The notes under the pieces: generated by a model | What the model was told of the DNA's origin: nothing | Databases searched by the model: none | What the model saw: the letters and a program-made list of their open reading frames with translations, nothing else | Made by a program: the position numbers and the translations under genes | Source of the DNA: an uncultured Acidobacteriota bacterium | Lineage (GTDB): Bacteria > Acidobacteriota > Terriglobia > Acidiferrales > UBA7541 | Assembly (NCBI GenBank): GCA_963800095.1 | Contig: CAWCZV010000016.1 | Coordinates: 100,728 to 132,727 of the forward strand | Length of the DNA stretch: 32,000 nt | Reading direction: 5' to 3' | Shown here: piece after piece, positions 26,056 to 32,000 of the stretch | Position numbering within the stretch: position 1 is the first letter of the stretch | Layout of the letters: each line of letters begins with the position of its first letter

Positions 26056-27477
26056 CTACTCCGGTGCTTCGACATTCCAATCGCGAATGTCCACGAAATG
26101 GCCGGCAATCGCGGCGGCCGCAGCCATGATCGGGCTGACCAGGTGCGTGCGGCTGTCCTTGCCCTGGCGGCCTTCGAAATTCCGGTTCGAAGTACTGGCG
26201 GCGCGTTCTCCGGGAAGCAGCACATCCGGATTCATGCCGAGGCACATGCTGCATCCCGCATCGCGCCATTCGAATCCGGCGTCCTTGAAAATCTTGTCGA
26301 GCCCTTCGGCTTCCGCCTCCGCTTTGATCGTCATCGAGCCGGGCACGATCAGGGCTCCCTTGAGATTCTTGGAAATGTGTTTTCCGGCAACCACGCGGGC
26401 GGCGGCGCGCAAATCGTTGATACGCGAATTCGTGCAAGAACCGATGAACACGCGGTCCACGGGAACGTCGACGAGCGCTGTGCCGGGTTTGAGATCCATG
26501 TACGCCAGAGCGCGCGCGACCGCCTTCTGATCGCCGGGATCCCGGAACGAACGCGGATCGGGCACACGGCCCGTTACACCCGTGACCATTCCCGGGTTCG
26601 TCCCCCAGGTGACTTGCGGCGCGAGCGCCGACGCATCGAGCTCGACCGTGGCGTCAAATTTCGCGCCGGGATCGGTGGCCAGCGCCTTCCAGGTTTTCAC
26701 GGCTTCTTGAAATTCATTTCCGCGGGGGACGTAGGGGCGCCCTTCCAGGTAGGCAAAGGTCGTGTCGTCGGGCGCGATCATGCCGGCCCGGGCGCCGCCT
26801 TCAATGGACATATTGCACACGGTCATGCGTCCATCCATGGACAGGGCACGAATCGCTTCGCCGGCATACTCGAAGACGTGGCCCGCGCCGCCTCCTATGC
26901 CAATCTTGCCGATCAGGGCGAGAATGATGTCCTTGGCGGAAACGCCTTTGGCGCGCTTTCCGTTGACGACGATGTGCATGGTCTTGGATTCAAATTGCTG
27001 CATGCACTGCGTGGCCAGCACATGTTCGACTTCGCTCGTGCCGATGCCGAACGCCAGAGTGCCGAACGCGCCGTGCGTGGAGGTGTGGCTGTCGCCGCAA
27101 ACGATGGTCTGCCCGGGCTGAGTCAGTCCCAGTTCCGGTCCGATTACGTGGACGATGCCCTGGTTGTGGCTGAACATATCGAACAGCGTGATGCCGGCCT
27201 CGCGGCAACTTCGTTCGAGGGCGTCAAATTGGCCGCCCGCGGCTTTATCCAGGATCGGCAGATTCCGGTCCTTGGTCGGGACCGAGTGGTCCATGACGGC
27301 GAAGGTCAGGTCGGGCCGGCGCACTTTTCGGCCGGCGGCCTTCAGGCCAGCAAACGCCTGCGGGGAGGTCACTTCATGAATGAGGTGACGGTCGATATAA
27401 ATGAGGGAAGGTTCCCCGGGCGCCTCGCGGACCAGATGAGACTCCCAAATTTTACGGTACATCGTGCGCGGATTCAT
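26056..27477 (-). CDS. leuC: 3-isopropylmalate dehydratase large subunit
   Basis: [28 protein letters not shown] and GSCTNSR aconitase-family motifs. The ATG at 27477 has AGGA ~9 nt upstream. The ORF-track TTG at 27552 was trimmed. Confidence 0.9.
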   Translation of the reverse strand: MNPRTMYRKIWESHLVREAPGEPSLIYIDRHLIHEVTSPQAFAGLKAAGRKVRRPDLTFAVMDHSVPTKDRNLPILDKAAGGQFDALERSCREAGITLFDMFSHNQGIVHVIGPELGLTQPGQTIVCGDSHTSTHGAFGTLAFGIGTSEVEHVLATQCMQQFESKTMHIVVNGKRAKGVSAKDIILALIGKIGIGGGAGHVFEYAGEAIRALSMDGRMTVCNMSIEGGARAGMIAPDDTTFAYLEGRPYVPRGNEFQEAVKTWKALATDPGAKFDATVELDASALAPQVTWGTNPGMVTGVTGRVPDPRSFRDPGDQKAVARALAYMDLKPGTALVDVPVDRVFIGSCTNSRINDLRAAARVVAGKHISKNLKGALIVPGSMTIKAEAEAEGLDKIFKDAGFEWRDAGCSMCLGMNPDVLLPGERAASTSNRNFEGRQGKDSRTHLVSPIMAAAAAIAGHFVDIRDWNVEAPE

Positions 27478-27687
27478 ATTTGTGCATCCTAATCTAGCAG
27501 GCCTGGGCGCGACATGCGGGTTTTTGTCCATGGATATGATGTACCCGCACAAGGTCCATTTGATCCGAAATGAAGGTGTAGATCAAATTTATAATGATTG
27601 TGAGAGATATAATCTGCGGTTATAGGGGAAATTGCGACACGGGCGGCAGAAATGCTTCCACTATTTGCGAAAAAAATTCCTCGCGTT

Positions 27688-27780
27688 GTCATTCCGAGGT
27701 CGCCGCGGCGACCGAGGAATCTCTCTGGCTTGAAGCAAGAAAAGAGAGATTCCTCGGCACGCAGCGTGCCTCGGAATGAC
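27688..27780. repeat. ~93-bp palindromic element of the GTCATTCCGAGG / GAGGAATCTCTC type
   Basis: GTCATTCCGAGGTCGCCGCGGCGACCGAGGAATCTCTC at 27688-27725 and GAGAGATTCCTCGGCACGCAGCGTGCCTCGGAATGAC at 27744-27780. The outer and inner blocks are complementary, and each arm has its own small GC hairpin. Confidence 0.75.
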
Positions 27781-27870
27781 AGTCATCTAATTATCCGCAA
27801 ACCGTTAGTGCGCGGTTGCTTCCTAGAAAACCACGCGCAGGTCAGAGGATGCGCGGAAGCATAAAGTGAG

Positions 27871-27879
27871 TGGTATAAT
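27871..27879 (+). promoter_or_regulatory. Extended -10 promoter element (TGgTATAAT) upstream of the HtrA-family gene
   Basis: Perfect TGnTATAAT at 27871-27879, about 60 nt upstream of the ATG at 27940. No good -35 is present, which is tolerated by extended -10 promoters. Confidence 0.4.
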
Positions 27880-27939
27880 CTCCACCGGATTGATCGGGGA
27901 GAATCGCAGAAGGCGAATGGCTGAAGAGGAGTGAAGATT

Positions 27940-29541
27940 ATGGGATTGCAACTTCGAGAATTTGCCGCCTGGGTACGGAATCGAAAGATTCTGGCAACGT
28001 TGTTGATCACCTTGACGCTGGCGATCGGCATGATCATTGGCACGGTGATTTCCGGCCATGTCGGCGCGGCGCATCCCTCAATGGCCGTTGGCGGAACGGC
28101 GCTGGCGATTCCAGATCCCGTGCAACTGTCGAGCGCTTTTGCCACGATAGTGAAACAGGTGCAACCCGCGGTCGTGAATATTTCGACCACGCAGGTGATC
28201 GAGCAGCGCGGAAAAGGGCGCGCCACGCCCGGGCAACGCAATCGCGGCGGAGAGCTGGGCCCGCCGGACGATAACGATCAAGATCAACAGCCGTTCCAGG
28301 ACTTTTTCAATCGCTTCTTCGATTTCCCGGATCAAGGCCCACAGGCCGAGCGCAGCCTCGGATCGGGCGTGATCGTCGACAAGAAGGGTTTTATTCTGAC
28401 GAATAACCACGTCGTGGATCAAGCCACCAAAGTCCAAGTCACCCTGAACGGGGAACAGACCCAGTACACCGCCAAAGTCATCGGGATCGACGAAGAGACC
28501 GATTTGGCGATCTTGAAAATCGAAGTGGGCCACGATTTGCCCTACGCCAAGCTCGGCAATTCCGATTCCGTGCAAGTGGGCGACTGGGCCCTGGCCATCG
28601 GCAATCCTTTCGGCTTCCTGCAAGGCAGCGTTACGGCGGGCATCATCAGCGCCAAGGACCGCGGCAACGTGGGCCAGCAGTTTCAAAGATTCATTCAGAC
28701 CGACGCGGCCATCAATCCCGGAAATTCCGGCGGCCCTTTGGTGGATATGGCCGGCCAGGTGATCGGCATTAACACCGCCATCATTACCGGCGGACACGGC
28801 AATGAAGGCGTGGGATTCGCGCTGCCTTCCAATACCGCCATCGGCGTCTACAACCAGATCATCAGCAACGGCAAAGTGACGCGCGGTTCCATCGGAGTGA
28901 GCTTCACGGAAACCCAGGGCAGCAATCCGATCGTTCTGAAAGAACTCGGCGCATCGTACGGGATCGTCTTGCAACGCGTGGAAGCGGGCAGCCCCGCGGA
29001 AAAAGCGGGCCTGCAGTCGGGCGACGTCATTACCAGCGTGAACGGAAAACCGGTGCACAACGGAAATGACCTGGTAAACCCGATCGCTTCAACTCCCATC
29101 GGAAATTCCGTCCGAGTCACTTATCTGCGCGACAAGAAAGAACACGAAACCTCCATCACCGTCGCCGACCGCACCAAGATTTTCCCGGATCGCACCGCAA
29201 ACGGAGGCGGCAATGAGAACGGGCCGACGCCCGCCGAGTTCGGCCTGCGCCTCGAAGATCTCGGAACCGACCGCGCGCGGCGCGCCGGATACGAGAACAT
29301 GAAGGGCGCGCTGGTCACGGCCGTCGACCCGGCGAGCTTCGCCGAGGATATCGGCTTTGCCCGCGGCAACGTCATCACAGAGGTGAACCACACTGCGGTT
29401 ACTTCCGTGGCCGAGTATCGGCGAGCCGTCTCGGGCTTGAAGCCGGGGCAGGATGTCCTGTTCAAGGTCCAGCGGCGGTCGGGCAGCGACCAGTTCGACA
29501 CGGTCTATCTGGCCGGCGTCGTTCCGGCTCCCGAGAAGTAA
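27940..29541 (+). CDS. htrA: HtrA/DegP/DegQ-family periplasmic serine endoprotease with two PDZ domains
   Basis: Catalytic triad context LTNNHVV (His), DLAILKI (Asp), GNSGGPLV (Ser). Two PDZ-like segments and an N-terminal membrane anchor are present. The ATG at 27940 has GAGGAG 8 nt upstream; the ORF-track GTG at 27931 is less likely. Confidence 0.88.
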   Translation: MGLQLREFAAWVRNRKILATLLITLTLAIGMIIGTVISGHVGAAHPSMAVGGTALAIPDPVQLSSAFATIVKQVQPAVVNISTTQVIEQRGKGRATPGQRNRGGELGPPDDNDQDQQPFQDFFNRFFDFPDQGPQAERSLGSGVIVDKKGFILTNNHVVDQATKVQVTLNGEQTQYTAKVIGIDEETDLAILKIEVGHDLPYAKLGNSDSVQVGDWALAIGNPFGFLQGSVTAGIISAKDRGNVGQQFQRFIQTDAAINPGNSGGPLVDMAGQVIGINTAIITGGHGNEGVGFALPSNTAIGVYNQIISNGKVTRGSIGVSFTETQGSNPIVLKELGASYGIVLQRVEAGSPAEKAGLQSGDVITSVNGKPVHNGNDLVNPIASTPIGNSVRVTYLRDKKEHETSITVADRTKIFPDRTANGGGNENGPTPAEFGLRLEDLGTDRARRAGYENMKGALVTAVDPASFAEDIGFARGNVITEVNHTAVTSVAEYRRAVSGLKPGQDVLFKVQRRSGSDQFDTVYLAGVVPAPEK

Positions 29542-29567
29542 GTTGACCCGGTGAAACAGAAACAACG

Positions 29568-30005
29568 ATGAGCAAACGAACCTGGCTTTTCATTTTTGGG
29601 GCCGTGCTCCTGGTGAGCGCGGCCTCCGTTGTGTCCGGAGCAGACCATCCCGGCGCGGCGCAGGCTTCCTCCACCACCGCCAAGAAGAAAAAAGTTTCGT
29701 CAAAATCCAAGAGGAAACCCAAGGTCAAAGGGCAAACGGTGCCCACTCCCGATCGCATCCGGGAAATTCAGACGGCCCTGCAAAAAGACGGTTCTTACGC
29801 AGGCGAGCCCACAGGGAAGTGGGACGCCGCAACCACGGACGCCATGAGAAAGTATCAGGACAAAATCGGCGTCAGTCCGACAGGGAAGATCGACGCCGTG
29901 TCGCTCAACAAGCTTGGGTTGGGTTCCGATACGGCAGGCAAGGGCGCTCCGGTCCCCGCTGCGTCAACTTCGGCTTCGCCTGCCGATCCGCCGCAAGCAA
30001 AGTAA
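29568..30005 (+). CDS. Secreted peptidoglycan-binding (PG_binding_1-like) domain protein
   Basis: 145 aa with a signal peptide and a Lys-rich linker, then IREIQTALQKDGSYAGEPTGKWDAATTDAMRKYQDKIGVSPTGKID, which matches the PGBD repeat pattern. Confidence 0.7.
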   Translation: MSKRTWLFIFGAVLLVSAASVVSGADHPGAAQASSTTAKKKKVSSKSKRKPKVKGQTVPTPDRIREIQTALQKDGSYAGEPTGKWDAATTDAMRKYQDKIGVSPTGKIDAVSLNKLGLGSDTAGKGAPVPAASTSASPADPPQAK

Positions 30006-30066
30006 TAACAATCCACTCGCCCGCGGTTAATCCCATGGCACGTGCTGGGCGATTGCCTGCCGTGTC

Positions 30067-30954
30067 CTACTTGGAGAAACCTTTGCCGCTAATCAGGCTG
30101 CTCATGTTGACGCCTATCTTCCAGGAAAACGTGTTGAAGGCAAAACTGATGCTGCGCGTGTAACCGGCGGCCAGATTTAGATAGGGTTTCGGGCGGTAGG
30201 TGAGCCCTGCGGTGAAGCCGTTGTCCTGGTTGAGGAGCGCGGGGCCTGTCGTCACGTGATTGACCTCGAAGACGCGTCCGTCCTGACCGCCGGTGCCGGT
30301 GGCGCCGGCGATCACGTCGCGGCTGATAATCGTTTGCGTTCCCCACGGAGCGATTTCATATCCGGAGACCAGCAAAGTGAAAGAGTGGGTCAGGTCCACA
30401 TCCGCGCCGGCTTCGACGTGCGCCAGGTAGCCGAACGAGGTGAATGGGCGGTGAAAGAATTCCGTATCGGAAATGCTGTTGGCCACGCCGGCGTCTACGA
30501 AAGGCACCAGGATGACGAAGTCGTGATCGATGCGGTTGTTCCAATCGAAAGTGGCATGTCCGGTGCCAAAACCTTTGGCGGGGTCGCCGGTCGGCGCGGC
30601 GCCGGTCAGCACGGTATTGTAGTTGAACAGGAGGCCGTTCCAGGATGCGCCTAGCTTGACGAAGGCGTCGCCGATGCCTTCGCTGAGCGTGGCTTGGTTG
30701 GGGAAAATGGCGCGGTTGAAATAGACAGGTAATCCCGCGCCCACGCTGAAGCGCCCGAAGTGAAGCGTCGCGGAGGAATTTAACACCATCTCCTGGCCGC
30801 TGGAGCCGGTGCTCCCCTCGAAGGATTCGTTCCAGTCAAGAAGATTGTTGGCCCTTCCGGTAGGAACGCTCGAACCTTGTGCGGCAGCCGTCAGCGCACT
30901 GGCAACAATCAGAATGGCCAAATGGACGCATTTCGTTGCTCTATTGATTTTCAT
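30067..30954 (-). CDS. Putative outer-membrane beta-barrel protein (transporter-like; family call weak)
   Basis: 295 aa with signal peptide ...ASALTAAAQG. It has alternating hydrophobic beta-strand patterns and Gly/Asn/Thr/aromatic-rich composition. It lies directly downstream of and co-directional with the IDO homolog. Confidence 0.5.
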   Translation of the reverse strand: MKINRATKCVHLAILIVASALTAAAQGSSVPTGRANNLLDWNESFEGSTGSSGQEMVLNSSATLHFGRFSVGAGLPVYFNRAIFPNQATLSEGIGDAFVKLGASWNGLLFNYNTVLTGAAPTGDPAKGFGTGHATFDWNNRIDHDFVILVPFVDAGVANSISDTEFFHRPFTSFGYLAHVEAGADVDLTHSFTLLVSGYEIAPWGTQTIISRDVIAGATGTGGQDGRVFEVNHVTTGPALLNQDNGFTAGLTYRPKPYLNLAAGYTRSISFAFNTFSWKIGVNMSSLISGKGFSK

Positions 30955-31004
30955 CTGTCGAGATTCCTCTCCAAGGGATTTCTATTCCTGCAAGATCCTG
31001 CCTC

Positions 31005-32000
31005 TTATTCCAAACGGTTCCGGCCGGTCTCGTCGCGATGCTTCTTCAGGTACTCCATGAACGGCGTGCCGCCGGTTCCGACGGCATGCGGGTTCTTCGC
31101 ATCGGTCTGGGCCTGCTGGAAAATGTAGGTCGCGGCATACTCGAAATGAAGGGAACGAAAGTTTTCGAGAGCGTCCAGGCACGCGTTGTAGGCGGAGGTT
31201 AACGCTCGACGGCCGGCTCGTTGGGCAAACGGCCGCACCGATGCTCGTTTTTCCAGCGCCGAGAGGAAGGCGCGATGCGCCGGGGGCATGTAGTTGCGCA
31301 TCTCCTTGAGATACGTGCTGAGCATATCTTCCTTGTGTCCCACGCCGAGCATCGCATCGAGGGCCGGGACGATCGAGCTCTGGGCGCCGGTTTCGCCGCG
31401 GAACTGCTGGGGGCGCCCTCCGTAGGCTTCAACGCCGTCGTAAATGACGCCCTCCGGGAGATCGGGGTGGTTCTTCCACCCGTGAATGTAGGGTCGAACC
31501 CGGTGGTAATAGATGAAAGGTTCGCACCATTCAGGCATTCTGCGGAGCGTGGCGTGCATGGCGCGTAGCGACGATTCCACTTGCGTGAGAAGAGCTTCCA
31601 GCCGCTCTCCGTCGCCCTCTTCCGCGGCATCGAGACAGGCGCTCAAGGCGGCCATTGCCGGACCTGCTTTTCGCTCGATTTCCACGTGAATCAGGATGAA
31701 CCACTCCTCGTCAATGCCGCCTAGGAAGTTCTGGATCAGAGCCAGGTTGCCGCACTCGATTTCGCGTGACGAATCGAAACGGAAGTAGTTGTGGAGCGCG
31801 TAGCTGCTGTAGCTGAGGATCGGAGGCCGGCCCAGGCTCTCGGCAACGTGGTACCAGGGCGCTGCGAGCACGGCCGGCAAAATCAATGCGGGCCGAGGCC
31901 CTCCCCAGACGTAGGCATGTCCCAGGTAACTCAGGAGGAGCATGGCTCGCTCGCGTTCGCGAGAGTCGTTGATGGCCGCAACCGGGAAGGGAGGAAGGTC
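31005..32000 (-). CDS. Indoleamine 2,3-dioxygenase (IDO) family haem dioxygenase, 5'-truncated by the window edge
   Basis: Block-by-block similarity to eukaryotic IDO1. The blocks are HAYVWG, PPILSYSSYALHN, RPYIHGWKNHPDLPEGVIYDG, GETGAQSSIVPALDAMLGV, MRNYMPPAHRAFLSALE, FRSLHFEYA (proximal His context) and GTGGTPFMEYLKKHRDET. The frame stays open from 31944 to 32000 (...LPPFPVAAINDSRERERA). Confidence 0.85.
   Translation of the reverse strand, partial: DLPPFPVAAINDSRERERAMLLLSYLGHAYVWGGPRPALILPAVLAAPWYHVAESLGRPPILSYSSYALHNYFRFDSSREIECGNLALIQNFLGGIDEEWFILIHVEIERKAGPAMAALSACLDAAEEGDGERLEALLTQVESSLRAMHATLRRMPEWCEPFIYYHRVRPYIHGWKNHPDLPEGVIYDGVEAYGGRPQQFRGETGAQSSIVPALDAMLGVGHKEDMLSTYLKEMRNYMPPAHRAFLSALEKRASVRPFAQRAGRRALTSAYNACLDALENFRSLHFEYAATYIFQQAQTDAKNPHAVGTGGTPFMEYLKKHRDETGRNRLE

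Noticed and set aside
27478-27560. Leucine leader peptide or attenuator upstream of leuC. A 21-codon ORF ([21 protein letters not shown]) overlaps a 7-bp hairpin TGCGGGT/ACCCGCA.
   Set aside because: There is no run of Leu codons and no U-tract after the hairpin, so it does not look like a classical leu attenuator.

Overview
GC-rich bacterial chromosomal segment. Gene content and the repeat families look Acidobacteriota-like, but that assignment is inference only. I call 23 protein-coding genes plus one interrupted gene. They cover leucine catabolism (HMG-CoA lyase, methylcrotonyl-CoA carboxylase beta-like carboxyltransferase), a split methylmalonyl-CoA mutase (large catalytic and small B12-binding subunits), leuC/leuD, pyrE and truA. 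There are also secreted or periplasmic hydrolases (Tat amidohydrolase, double M16 peptidase, M20 peptidase, HtrA-type protease). The rest are an orphan TolC, a TPR protein, an EamA transporter, a CHASE4-like hybrid histidine kinase with two receiver domains, a peptidoglycan-binding protein, an outer-membrane barrel, a 5'-truncated indoleamine 2,3-dioxygenase homolog and several small hypotheticals. I found no rRNA, tRNA, CRISPR array, transposase, integrase, phage or recognisable defence genes, and no convincing novel multi-gene system. The unusual content is mostly non-coding or selfish-looking. (1) A GxxExxY (PD-(D/E)xK-like) gene sits inside a cassette closed by a 30-bp inverted repeat and splits the two mutase genes. 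(2) A related ORF-less ~47-bp-stem inverted repeat fills the pyrE-truA spacer. (3) GT[AG]G-headed REP/REPIN palindromes are dense, with a constant TTCA loop and compensatory stem changes. (4) Several other palindromic element families are present. (5) A 454-bp non-coding spacer may hold a structured RNA or leader. (6) An AT-richer islet holds a membrane-protein gene broken by one in-frame TAA. All functional readings of these are hypotheses. Several ORF-track starts were trimmed to downstream starts that have Shine-Dalgarno support.
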